Assembly (NCBI GenBank): GCA_963723565.1
Contig: CAVRRH010000007.1
Location: forward strand, 236,643 to 300,642
Source of the DNA: an uncultured Gemmatimonadales bacterium
Lineage (GTDB): Bacteria > Gemmatimonadota > Gemmatimonadetes > Gemmatimonadales > GWC2-71-9
Direction of reading: 5' to 3'
DNA: 64,000 nt
Positions 11,017 to 21,200 of this stretch are shown here, one piece after another. Under the pieces are notes generated by a model. It saw only the letters and a program-made list of their open reading frames with translations. It made no database searches and had not been told where the DNA came from. Within the stretch, counting starts at the first letter, position 1. Each line of letters opens with the position of its first letter. Both the position numbers and the translations under genes were made by a program.

Positions 11017-12490
11017 CTAAGGTACCATCTCAGTATGCATAGCGGTGTCAAACGCTTCAGCCTGAGCTGTTGAGCTGCTCATAAACGCTCGCACGTCTAC
11101 CAGACATCCGGCAATCGCCGCTGCAGCCGCCATCGCAGGACTCATCAAGTGCGTGCGTCCTCCCCTTCCCTGCCGACCCTCGAAGTTCCGGTTCGATGTG
11201 GAGGCGCAGCGCTCACCCGGACCGAGCACATCCTCGTTCATCCCCAGGCACATCGAGCATCCGGGATTGCGCCATTCAAACCCTGCTTCGGTGAAGACGC
11301 GGTCCAATCCTTCGCGCTCAGCTGCAGCCTTGACCTGGCGCGAGCCAGGCACGACCATCGCTCGCACCCCGCTCGCCACTCTTCGTCCTCGCGCGACCTG
11401 AGCGGCCTCGCGCAGGTCCTCGATTCGCGCATTGGTGCATGAGCCGAGAAATACCCGATCTACCTTGAGCCCCTCGAGCGGAGTCCCGGGCCGAAGGTCC
11501 ATGTACTCCAGCGCCCGTCGCCACGAGTGACGGTCGGCCTCCGACTTGGCCTCGTCGGGGTCCGGAACCCATCCTGTAATATCGGTCGTCATTCCAGGGC
11601 TGGTGCCCCAGGTGACCTGAGGCTGCACGGCGCTCGCATCGAGCGTGACGTGTTGGTCGAAGTAGGCGTCCGGGTCGCTCCGTAGCGCGCTCCAGGCACT
11701 CACCGGCACGCTGCCATTCCCTGCCCGCTGGAGCCTCGCGCCGCCCCGCCAGGTAAGCCAGCGTCTTGCCGTCCGGCGCGATCATGCCGGCCCGGGCCCC
11801 AGCCTCAATGGACATGTTGCAGACCGTCATGCGGCCTTCCATCGACATCGCGCGGATGGCCTGGCCGGTGTACTCGATCACGTGTCCCGAGGCGCCCGCG
11901 GTGCCGATCTGGCGAATCAAAGCCAGGATCAGATCCTTGGGCGACACGCCGAGTTGAGGAAGTTCAGAGAAACAAACCTCCATAGTGCGCGGAGGGGTCT
12001 GCACCACACACTGCGTGGCAAGCACGTGCTCGACCTCACTCGTTCCGATACCGAACGCAAGTGCCCCGAACGCCCCGTGGGTCGAGGTGTGGGAGTCGCC
12101 GCAGACGATGGTCATGCCCGGCTGGGTGAGCCCCAGCTCCGGGCCGATCACGTGGACGATTCCCTGCTCGGGCGAATCGAGGTTGAAGAGCCGGATCCCG
12201 AACTCACGGGCGTTCCGTACCAGCGCCGCCACCTGCCGTGCCGACAGCTCGTCCGCGATTGGCAGCCGCCGGTCGCCGGTCGAAACGTTGTGGTCCACGG
12301 TGGCGACGGTGAGCTCGGGGCGACGAACGCGCCGGCCGCTCAAACGCAGCCCCTCGAATGCCTGGGGTGAAGTGACTTCGTGCACCAGGTGCAGGTCCAC
12401 GTAGAGCAGCGCCGGTCCCCCTGGGACCTGGCTGACGACGTGCGCATCCCAGACTTTCTCGAAGAGCGTGCGAGCAGTCATCGTTGCCAT
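11017..12490 (-). CDS. leuC: 3-isopropylmalate dehydratase large subunit (one frameshift near 11710-11740)
   Basis: The N-terminal 260 aa ([19 protein letters not shown].., [26 protein letters not shown]) are in ORF 11318..12652. The C-terminal part (..[12 protein letters not shown].., [18 protein letters not shown]) is in ORF 11017..11709. Confidence 0.9.
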
Positions 12491-12685
12491 AGCCAAGGGG
12501 AGCCGCAGGTGAACGCAAGAACAGATCGGATCGTTCCACTGCCGATAACAGCTTCCCCGTGCCTGGACAGGGGCCTTGGTGTTGTTATTCAACTGCACAC
12601 CTCCGAGTCCAGGCCAGTAAACGGAGACTTTGGTGAACGAGGGGCGATCCATCCTGTTCCTGTGTTCCTTCCGCGGCTTCTTTTC

Positions 12686-13801
12686 TTATCGAGGGAGCGG
12701 GTGAGCTGGGCGGCGCGGGCGCCGCTCCGATTTCGCCTTGCTATCGGCAGTCCTCTCGCTGCCCTGCTGTCCCGCTGTCCCGCTGTCCCGCTTCTTCCCC
12801 TCCTCCGACCACGGCATCATCGCCCGCAGCTCGGCGCCCACTCGCTCGATCTCATGGTCCTTGTCCGCCTGGCGGGCCCGCTCGAAGTTGGGGCGCCCCG
12901 CCCGGTTCTCCTCCAGCCATTCCCGGGCGAACGACCCGTCCTGGATGGCCTCCAGGATCCGCTGCATCTCGGCTCGGGTCTCATCGGTGATGACCCGGGG
13001 ACCCCGCGTGTAGTCACCGTACTCCGCCGTATCGCTGATCGAGTAGCGCATGAAGCCGAGCCCGCCGCGATACATCAGGTCAACGATGAGCTTGAGCTCG
13101 TGCAGACACTCGAAGTAGGCCATCTCCGGCCGGTACCCCGCCTTGGTCAGGGTCTCGAAGCCGGCCTTGACCAGGGCGGTCACACCGCCGCACAGCACCG
13201 CTTGCTCCCCGAAGAGATCGGTCTCGGTCTCCTCCCGGAACGAGGTCTCGATGACACCCGCGCGGGTGCAGCCGATTCCCGAGGCATAAGCGAGCGCGTT
13301 GGCGAGCGCCTGCCCGCTCGCGTCCTGATGCACCGCCACCAGCCCGGGTACGCCCCGGCCGGCCTCGAACTCGCTCCGCACCAGGTGGCCGGGCGACTTC
13401 GGCGCCACCATGGTGACGTCGACTCCCGCGGGGGGCACGATCTCGCCGTAGTGAATGTTGAAGCCGTGGGCGAACATCAGCGTGTTGCCCGGACGGAGGC
13501 CCTGGGCCACGCCTGCCTCGTATATGGCACGGCCATCCTGATCCGGCACCAGCATCATGATGACGTCGGCTTGCTCCGCGGCTTCGGCCACCGGGCGTAC
13601 ATCGAGCCCCGCAGCCTGAGCCCGGTCCCATGACGCGCCCCCGCGGCGCAGACCCACGATCACCTTGGCACCGCTCTCCCGGAGGTTGAGGGCGTGAGCG
13701 TGCCCCTGGCTGCCGTAGCCGATGATGGCAATGGTCCGGCCGGCCAGGAGGCTGGGGTCGGCGTCGGCATTGTAGTACACCCGCACCGGTGCGTTCGTCA
13801 T
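12686..13801 (-). CDS. ilvC: ketol-acid reductoisomerase (class I) with about 38-aa repeat-encoded C-terminal tail
   Basis: Intact ORF with [21 protein letters not shown] Rossmann motif and the KARI core up to ..ELRAMMPW. The last ~38 codons run through the tandem octamer array at 12759-12800. Confidence 0.92.
   Translation of the reverse strand: MTNAPVRVYYNADADPSLLAGRTIAIIGYGSQGHAHALNLRESGAKVIVGLRRGGASWDRAQAAGLDVRPVAEAAEQADVIMMLVPDQDGRAIYEAGVAQGLRPGNTLMFAHGFNIHYGEIVPPAGVDVTMVAPKSPGHLVRSEFEAGRGVPGLVAVHQDASGQALANALAYASGIGCTRAGVIETSFREETETDLFGEQAVLCGGVTALVKAGFETLTKAGYRPEMAYFECLHELKLIVDLMYRGGLGFMRYSISDTAEYGDYTRGPRVITDETRAEMQRILEAIQDGSFAREWLEENRAGRPNFERARQADKDHEIERVGAELRAMMPWSEEGKKRDSGTAGQQGSERTADSKAKSERRPRRPAHPLPR
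12759..12800. repeat. single-arm tandem octamer array (CTGTCCCG x3-4) at the 3' end of the ilvC ORF
   Basis: CTGCCCTG CTGTCCCG CTGTCCCG CTGTCCCG CTTCTTCCCC, read directly from the sequence. Confidence 0.7.
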
Positions 13802-14304
13802 GTCACTGTCTCTGATTGAAGGTTGTTCGCCGTGCCGAGCGCGATCGTGCCGCTGCGGGCCACCTCGACCACGTCGAATCGCTCGAGGGCGCGGAGGCAG
13901 GAGAGAACGAAGGCTTCGGACCCGCTGAGCTCGACGATCAGGCCGTCGGTGGAGTCATCCAGCACCGTGGCGTTGTAGAGCTGGACCACATCCAGCAGCT
14001 CGGCGTAGCGATGATGCGGAGCCCGAACCTTCACCAGGGCGAGCTCGCGGGTCACCCCGTCCAGGGTAGGAAACGCGATGGCGGCGCGGACGCCGATCAT
14101 CTTCTGCAGATGCTGCACGGCTCGCTCCGCGGTGGCAATGTCCGACTGCATCATGATAGTCAACCTCGAAAGGCCGGGGGTACCTGTGGGGCCGATGGCC
14201 AGGCTGCGTACGGGCAGATTGCGCCGCCGGATGAGTCCGACCGCGCGGTTCAGAGTGATCAATCGGTCCTCCAGCAGGACCGACACCGCTTGGGCTTCGC
14301 TCAT
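13798..14304 (-). CDS. ilvN: acetolactate synthase small (regulatory) subunit
   Basis: Intact 168-aa ORF with an ACT-domain-like N-terminus ([32 protein letters not shown]). ATGA-type overlaps with ilvB and ilvC. Confidence 0.88.
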   Translation of the reverse strand: MSEAQAVSVLLEDRLITLNRAVGLIRRRNLPVRSLAIGPTGTPGLSRLTIMMQSDIATAERAVQHLQKMIGVRAAIAFPTLDGVTRELALVKVRAPHHRYAELLDVVQLYNATVLDDSTDGLIVELSGSEAFVLSCLRALERFDVVEVARSGTIALGTANNLQSETVT

Positions 14305-16020
14305 GCGGGGACCAGGGGCGTTGCCGCGACCCCCTCGATGGGCTCCGAAAGCGACCCACCGGGCGGAATCATGGGAAACACATTTGCCTCCTGTTCGATC
14401 ATGAATTCCACCAGGACCGGGCCAGGCTCGGCCGCGGCCTCGGCGACGGTGCGTTTCAGCTGATCGGTCGACTCGACCCGGTGTCCGGCGATCCCATAGG
14501 CCTCGGCGAGCTTGACGTAGTTCGGACTCCAGATCGGCGTGGCCGAATAGCGCTTACCGTGAAAGAACTGTTGCCACTGCCGCACCATCCCCAGGTACCC
14601 GTTGTTGAAGACCGCCATCTTCACCGGGATTCCCTCCTGCACCATGGTGGCGATCTCTTGCATGTTCATCTGGAATCCTCCGTCGCCCGAGATTGCCCAG
14701 ACCGGCTCACCCGGACGAGCCAGAGCGACGCCCATCGCCGCCGGTACCGCAAAGCCCATCGTTCCCAGTCCGCCGGAAGTGATGTGGCTGTTGGGCCGCT
14801 GATACCGAAACAGCTTGGCGACCCACATCTGATGCTGGCCGACATCGGACACGATGGTGGAGCGGCCGTCACTGGCGTCGCTGATGGCGTCCAGGATTGC
14901 CTGGGGCGAGAGGCCGGCGCGGAAGCTCTCCTCCCGAGGGCGCACAAAACTGGCAATCTCGCGCCGCCACGCGTCGCAGTTGCGGGGCGCTACCGCGGGA
15001 AGCAGGGAGCAGAGCACTTCCCGCGCGTCGCCTATGAGTCCCACGACCGCCGGCACGTTCTTCCCGATTTCCGAGGCATCGAGCTCGACGTGAATGAGCT
15101 TTGCCCCCCGGGCGAAGCCGGCGAGGTTTCCGGTTACCCGGTCGTCAAACCTGAGACCCAGGCCGATGATGAGGTCGGACTGCTGGATGGCCCGGTTGAC
15201 GTGAACCTCGCCATGCATGCCGGGCATTCCCAGGTGGAGCGGGTGCGACTCGGGAAAGGCACTGATGCCGAGCAGGGTGGTGATCACCGGAATGCCGGTG
15301 CGCTCCGCCAGCACCCGGAGCTCGTGATACGCGCCGGAGAGCACCACCCCGTGACCGGCCATGATGAGGGGCCGCTCGGCGGCGGCGATGAGCCGGGCAG
15401 CCTCGGCGAGAGCGGCGGTAAGGCGGTAGGGCGGTAGGGCGGTAGAGCGAGAACCTACCGCCTTTCCGACCTTCCGCCTTTCCGCCTTGCCACTCCGCCT
15501 TCTGATTCTGCACATCCTTGGGAATATCCAGCAGCACCGGTCCGGGTCTCCCTTCCTGGGCAACATGGAAGGCCTCGCGTACCGCGTCCTGAATCTCCTC
15601 GACGTCCTCGATCAGGCGACTGTGCTTGGTGATCGGCTGAGTGATCCCGATGATGTCGGTTTCCTGGAAGGCGTCCCGCCCCATCATCGCGCGGGCTACC
15701 TGGCCGGTGATCGCCACCACCGGCGTGCTGTCCATGTTGGCCGTGGCGAGCCCGGTGACGAGGTTGGTCGCTCCCGGACCCGAGGTGGCCACGCACACGC
15801 CGGCGCGGCCGGACGCGCGGGCGTACCCGTCCGCCGCGTGCGCCGCCGCTTGCTCGTGCCGTACGAGCACGTGCCGGAGCCCCGGGAACTCGGGCAGCGC
15901 GTGGTAGAATGGCATGATGGCGCCACCCGGGTAACCGAAGAGGACGTCGACACCCTCGTCGAGCAGGGCACGGCAGAGGATCTGTGAGCCGGTCAGGATT
16001 CCGTCATGGACGTGCCCCAT
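14301..16020 (-). CDS. ilvB: acetolactate synthase large subunit (one net frameshift inside an intragenic repeat)
   Basis: The N-terminal Pyr domain ([50 protein letters not shown]) is in ORF 15145..16068. The central and PP domains (..[29 protein letters not shown]..) are in ORF 14301..15566. The frames switch within 15414-15502. Confidence 0.9.
15414..15502. repeat. imperfect hairpin of GGCGGTAG-type octamer repeats inside the ilvB coding sequence
   Basis: GGCGGTAAGGCGGTAGGGCGGTAGGGCGGTAG (15414-15445), a 9-nt loop, then CTACCGCCTTTCCGACCTTCCGCCTTTCCGCC... (15455-15502). It is translated as ..[20 protein letters not shown].. in the linker after DIPKDVQ. Confidence 0.75.
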
Positions 16021-16077
16021 GCGCCAGGCGTAAGTCGCCAGTTCGAAGCGGAGGACGGCCCCGATCACGACCCAAGA

Positions 16078-16103
16078 CTGCTGACCGCTGACCGCTCACG
16101 ACT
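16078..16103. repeat. single-arm tandem heptamer array (GCTGACC/GCTCACG) in the leuA-ilvB spacer
   Basis: CTGCTGACCGCTGACCGCTCACGAC. The minus-strand reading GTGAGCGGTCAGCGGTCAGC is related to the GGTGAGC units at 47127. Confidence 0.55.
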
Positions 16104-16111
16104 TTCGACCA

Positions 16112-17668
16112 TCACACCCCCCACAGGTACACCGAGTTCAGCGAGCTCGCCTCCAGCTTGTCGGCGTGCCGCGCCTTGTTCAGAGCGTGCACCAGTGCCC
16201 GCGCGCTGGCCTCCACGATATCGGTCGAAGCGCTGTGTCCGGTCAGCGACTTGCCGTCGATCTTGGCCTGCAGAAAGACCTGGCCTACGCTGTCCCGCCC
16301 TGGAGTGACCGATCGCAGTGAAAGGCTCAGCACCTCGAGGTGCCGCTCCAGGATCTCGCTCACCGCCGCGAACGCCGCCGCTATCGGACCGTCTCCGGTA
16401 CCGCGCGCCGAGCGTTCGCCGGTCCACGGTCCCGTCATCCGGACCTCCGCCGTTGCCGTCACGCTGCCGCAGACGACCCGGAGGTGGGTGAGCTGATACT
16501 CCTCGGGCGCGTCGTGAAAGCTCTCGTGCAGCAGGGCCAGCAGGTCCTCGTCCAGGATCTCGCGCTTGCGCTCGGCGAGCGCGGTGAAGCCCTGGTACAG
16601 GGCGGCCAGCTCCTCCTCGCTGAGCTGATAACCCAGCTCCTGGCAGCGGCGCTCCAGCGCGTGCCGGCCGGAGTGTTTCCCCAGGACGAGCGTCGAGCGC
16701 GGAATGCCGACCATCTCGGGCCGGATGATCTCGTAGGTGAGCCCGTTCTGCAGCATCCCATGCTGGTGGATACCGGCCTCGTGAGCGAACGCGTTGCGTC
16801 CCACAATGGCCTTGTTCGGCTGGGGAAAGACCCCGGTGAGGTAGGAGAGGAGCTGGCTGGTGCGATAGATCTCGCGCGACTCTACCTTGCACTGGAACGC
16901 CACCGCGGCTCCGCGCACCCGGCTCGCCATCACAATCTCCTCGAGGGCCGCGTTCCCGGCGCGCTCGCCGATCCCGTTGACGGTGCACTCGACCTGTGCC
17001 GCTCCGGCCGCGATGGCGGCCAGTGTGTTCGCCACGGCCAGGCCAAGGTCGTCGTGGCAGTGAGCGCTGAGGATCACCCCATCGCTCCCTGGCACCCGTT
17101 GGCGCACGTCCCGGAACATCGCGGCATACTCGGCCGGCATCGCGTAGCCGACGGTATCCGGCAGGTTGATGGTCGTGGCTCCCTCTTCTATAGCGGCTTC
17201 CACCACCCGGCAGAGAAAGTCGGGGTCGGTGCGGCTGGCATCTTCGGCGGAGAACTCCACGTCGTCGGTGTACTGGCGAGCCCGGCGGACCGCATCGCGC
17301 GCCATGGCGAGAACCCCCTCGCGCGTAGTACGCAGCTTTTCCCGGATGTGAAGATCGGAGGTGGAGACGAATACATGGAGCCGGCCGCGGGCCGCTTCGC
17401 TGATCGCCTCGCCGGCCAGCTCGATGTCCCGTTCCAGACAGCGTGCGAGCGCCGCGATGACCGGGCTCCGGACCTCGGTCGCAATGTCTCGCACGCTCCG
17501 GTAGTCGCCCTCGGACGCGGCCGGGAAGCCGGCTTCGATGATGTCGACGCCGAGCGCGTCGAGCTGGCGAGCAAGGCGGAGCTTCTCTTCGGGCGAGAGA
17601 CTGTTGCCGGGCGCCTGCTCACCGTCGCGCAGCGTGGTATCGAAGATCAAGACTTCCGGGATTGCCAT
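16112..17668 (-). CDS. leuA: 2-isopropylmalate synthase
   Basis: Intact 518-aa ORF with [30 protein letters not shown] and a C-terminal LeuA dimerisation/regulatory domain. Confidence 0.93.
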   Translation of the reverse strand: MAIPEVLIFDTTLRDGEQAPGNSLSPEEKLRLARQLDALGVDIIEAGFPAASEGDYRSVRDIATEVRSPVIAALARCLERDIELAGEAISEAARGRLHVFVSTSDLHIREKLRTTREGVLAMARDAVRRARQYTDDVEFSAEDASRTDPDFLCRVVEAAIEEGATTINLPDTVGYAMPAEYAAMFRDVRQRVPGSDGVILSAHCHDDLGLAVANTLAAIAAGAAQVECTVNGIGERAGNAALEEIVMASRVRGAAVAFQCKVESREIYRTSQLLSYLTGVFPQPNKAIVGRNAFAHEAGIHQHGMLQNGLTYEIIRPEMVGIPRSTLVLGKHSGRHALERRCQELGYQLSEEELAALYQGFTALAERKREILDEDLLALLHESFHDAPEEYQLTHLRVVCGSVTATAEVRMTGPWTGERSARGTGDGPIAAAFAAVSEILERHLEVLSLSLRSVTPGRDSVGQVFLQAKIDGKSLTGHSASTDIVEASARALVHALNKARHADKLEASSLNSVYLWGV

Positions 17669-17691
17669 ACGTCGCTTTCGGGCTGAAGGGT

Positions 17692-17726
17692 AAAGAAAAG
17701 CGCCGCGAACTCTTGGTCCGCGGCGC
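17692..17726 (-). terminator. intrinsic terminator (attenuator) 24 nt upstream of the leuA start
   Basis: On the minus-strand RNA: GCGCCGCGGA, loop CCAAGAG, UUCGCGGCGC, then UUUUCUUU. This is a 10-bp stem including one G-U pair. The left arm has an alternative perfect 10-bp partner, GUCCGCGGCG, at 17775-17784. Confidence 0.7.
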
Positions 17727-17754
17727 CGGTTGCAATCAGTGGAGACTTACCGTC

Positions 17755-17850
17755 TCATGTTGCTCGTCTAGGCACGCCGCGGACCCCTCGCTCACCGATG
17801 AGGACGGTAAGCAGGACGCTAAGGAGGACGACGACGAGGACGAGCTGCAT
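17755..17850 (-). CDS. putative branched-chain amino acid operon leader peptide (31 aa, MQLVLVVVLLSVLLTVLIGERGVRGVPRRAT)
   Basis: ATG at 17850, TGA at 17757-17755. Fourteen of residues 3-18 are Leu, Val or Ile. The ORF ends 29 nt before the terminator stem, and its codons 22-25 form the antiterminator strand. Confidence 0.6.
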   Translation of the reverse strand: MQLVLVVVLLSVLLTVLIGERGVRGVPRRAT

Positions 17851-17914
17851 GTGCTTGAGCCGTGTATCGAGTGTTGGTGACCAGGCCGGAACTTTATGCT
17901 TCGGCCGGATCATC

Positions 17915-17943
17915 AGGCTACGCCATTACGAAGGCACTGTCAA
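17915..17943 (-). promoter_or_regulatory. sigma70-type promoter TTGACA-N17-TAGCCT for the leader-leuA operon
   Basis: On the minus strand, TTGACA (17943-17938), a 17-nt spacer, then TAGCCT (17920-17915). It lies about 60 nt upstream of the leader ATG. Confidence 0.45.
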
Positions 17944-18005
17944 GAGCAAGCCAAGTACCCGAGGCAACAATTTTGTAACCAGCGACATTGGCGTAGGATT
18001 CCGTC

Positions 18006-18034
18006 TTGACGGATTCACCCCAATGCATAATAAT
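18006..18034 (+). promoter_or_regulatory. sigma70-type promoter TTGACG-N17-AATAAT upstream of the gltB leader
   Basis: TTGACG at 18006-18011, a 17-nt spacer, then AATAAT at 18029-18034. It is in the only AT-rich patch of the leuA-gltB divergent region. Confidence 0.45.
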
Positions 18035-18138
18035 GCGGTATGAATCTGCATCGCGCCCGGGTAACCCTTATCGTGAATCTCAATCTCGTCCGCTCCAGGG
18101 GAGCGCCCGGGTGAGCTTAGCGTCTTCACGTTAACCCC

Positions 18139-18170
18139 GGCCTGCTCCCAAGTGGAGCGGGCCTTTTTTA
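18139..18170 (+). terminator. intrinsic terminator within the gltB leader, 55 nt upstream of the gltB ATG
   Basis: GGCCTGCTCC (18139-18148), loop CAAGT, GGAGCGGGCC (18154-18163), then TTTTTTA. This is a 10-bp stem with one G-U pair. Confidence 0.65.
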
Positions 18171-18224
18171 TGGCCTCGAGTACGGCCTCTCCGGCCGCTG
18201 GGGCACGACAACTCAGGAGACACC

Positions 18225-21200
18225 ATGGCCGCCAATGGGCAGCGGATCCACCCGGCCGGTTCCCGTCAGCACCACCGACGACACGCCGCCACTCGTGCAA
18301 CAACCTCCCTCGATTCCACCCGTGAGCATGATGCGTGCGGCGTAGGCTTCGTAGCCGCGGCATCCGGCGTTCGCAGCCATGAGGTAATCGCCATGGCCGT
18401 CGAGGCGGCGGCCCGTGTGGCGCACCGGGGCGCGGCCTCGACTGACCTGTCAGGCGATGGCGCGGGCCTTCTGACCCAGATCCCTCACCGATTGTTCTAC
18501 CGGGACTCCTACCGGCTGGGACTTCACCTGCAGCCCGGGCTCCCCTTTGGCGTGGGAGCCTTTTTCCTGCCGCCGTCCGGAGAGGCACTGGCTGCCTCGG
18601 TCAAGATGGTCGAGACGGTGCTGGCCGGGGACGGCATTCCGATCCTGGGCTGGCGCGACGTGCCGACGAATCCCGCTGCACTGGGCCCCACCGCGCAGGC
18701 GTCGTGTCCAGTCATCCGGCAGGTCCTGGTGGGCCGGCCGGCGCTCACGACCGACGAGGACGCCTGGGAGCGAGCCCTCTATCTGGCCCGGCGCGAGATG
18801 GAGCGGCGAGCGGAAGAGGCCAGGTTCCCCGGCTTCTACGCCTGCTCGATGTCCTGCCGCACCATCGTGTACAAGGCGTTGCTCACCGGAACCCAGCTCC
18901 CGGCGTTCTTCACCGATTTCCGGTATCCGGAATACGAGAGCGCGATCGCCGTCTTCCACCAGCGCTACTCGACCAACACCCTGCCCAGCTGGCCCCTGGC
19001 ACAGCCGTTCCGCCTCCTGGCCCATAACGGAGAGATCAACACGTTGTGGGGCAACCGGAACGCCATGACGATGCGGCAGCCGATGCTCGCCTCGCCGATA
19101 TGGGGAGAGAAGATCGAGCGGCTCAGGGAAGTCATCTGGCGGGAGGGCAGCGACTCGGCGAGCCTCGACAACGCGATGGAGCTGCTGGTTCGTTCCGGCC
19201 GTGATGTGATACACGCGTCGATGATGACGATCCCACAGGCGTGGGAGAAATACTCCGACCTCGATCCCGGGGTGAAAGCGTTCTACGAGTATCACCAGTG
19301 CATACTGGAACCGTGGGACGGTCCGGCCGCTCTCGCCTTCACCGACGGCGTGCTGGCGGGCGCCGCGGTGGATCGCAACGGGCTCAGGCCCTGCCGGTAC
19401 AAGGTGCGGGCGGACGGCCTGGTGGTGGCCGGCTCCGAGGTTGGCCTGGTGGACCTGGATCCGCGCGAGGTGGTGGAGTGCGGGAAGGTCGGCCCCGGTG
19501 AGGTCCTGGTGGTGGATACCCGTCGAGGAGAAGTGATTCGCAACCTCGACGCAAAGCGGGAGGTGGCGGCTCGCCGCCCGTACGCGCGCTGGGTCGCCCG
19601 CTACATGGCGACCCTGGTTCCCGACCCCGCGAGAGTTCCCCCCACCCACAGCGGCGAATCATTGCTGCGACTGCAGCGGGCGTTCGGCTACGGTGCCGAG
19701 GACTTGCGGATCGTGCTCGAGCCAATGGGCAGCACCGGCGGCGACCCGGTCTGGAGCATGGGTGACGATACTCCGATCCCGCCGCTCTCCGCCGTGCCCC
19801 AGAGTCTCTACGCCTATTTCCGGCAGCGGTTCGCTCAGGTCACGAATCCGCCGATCGATTCACTGCGCGAGTCCATGGTGATGTCGCTCAGGATGCACCT
19901 GGGCCGGCGCGGCTCGCCCTTGCTCGAGCGAGCCTCGTACGCCCGGATGCTGCGGCTGGAGCACCCGATCCTGCTGGCAGAGGAGATGGCGGCCCTTCGG
20001 AATGTCGCCGGGTTCTCGACCGTTACCCTGGATGCCGTATGGAATCCGGCGAAGGGAACCGGCGGACTCAAGTCCGCCCTCACCGCGCTCCGCCGTGCCG
20101 CGGAGCGCGCCGCGCGTCGGGGAGCACACATCCTCATCATCAGCGATCGCGCCGCCACTGACCGCCACGCACCCATCCCCATGCTCCTGGCCATCGGGGC
20201 GGTGCGCCAGCATCTGGTCCACGTCGGCCTGAGGGCCCGGGTGGGCATCGTGGCCGAGGCGGGCGACGCATTCGATATCCACCACTTCGCCACCCTCATC
20301 GGTTACGGTGCGGAGGCGGTGCATCCCTGGCTGGCCCTGGAGAGCGTTGACGAGATTTTCAGCGAGGTAGGGGCGACGCGATGCGTCGCCCGCGGAACCA
20401 GCGTCCCTCCCCGTTGAGGCAAGACATCAGTACCGCACGGCGGCCGAGAAGGGACTGCTCAAGATCCTCTCGAAGATGGGGATCTCCACCCTCTCCTCCT
20501 ACTGCGGTGCCCAGATCTTCGAGGCGCTCGGGCTCGGCAACGAGGTGATCACATCCTGCTTTGCCGGTACCGCCTCGCCACTCGGCGGGATCGGCTTCGA
20601 GGAGCTGGCCGAAGACGTCATGGCAGCGGCATGGGTCGGCGTACCAGGCCGTGGAGGCTGCTTCGCTACCGGATCACGGGCGAGTGCGCTTTCGCAAGGA
20701 GGGCGAGGATCACGGCTGGGCACCCCAGATCGTGATGGCACTGCAGCAGGCAACGGGAAGTGGGAGGAAGGCGGGCGGACGGGCGGAAGGGCGGAGGGCG
20801 GACAGACGGAAGGGACGGTGAGCGGCTATCAAAACTTTCTCGCGAAGAACGGAGCTCGACGTCCGGCGGGGCCGCGTGATCTGCTGGCCGTGAAGCGTGG
20901 TGACCCGATTCCGCTGGAGCAAGTCGAGCCAGCCGAAGACATCCGCCGCCGATTCGTGTCCTCCGCCATGTCCCTCGGCGCTCTCTCGCCGGAGGCGCAT
21001 GCCACGCTGTCCATCGCCATGAACCGGATGGGCGCGCGGTCGAACTCGGGAGAGGGCGGTGAGGATCCCGCGAACTACCACGGGCTCGGCAATGGCGACC
21101 GGGCCGACAATCGGGTGAAGCAGGTGGCATCCGCCCGATTCGGCGTGACCACCGAGTACCTCACTCGGGCGGAGGAGCTGGAGATCAAGATCGTCCAGGG

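Noticed and set aside
17926-18588. 220-aa minus-strand ORF spanning the leuA/gltB divergent region and the 5' end of gltB.
   Set aside because: It runs through two promoter-like elements and a plus-strand terminator, and is antisense to gltB. It has no motif. The AT-richer segment is better explained as regulatory DNA.
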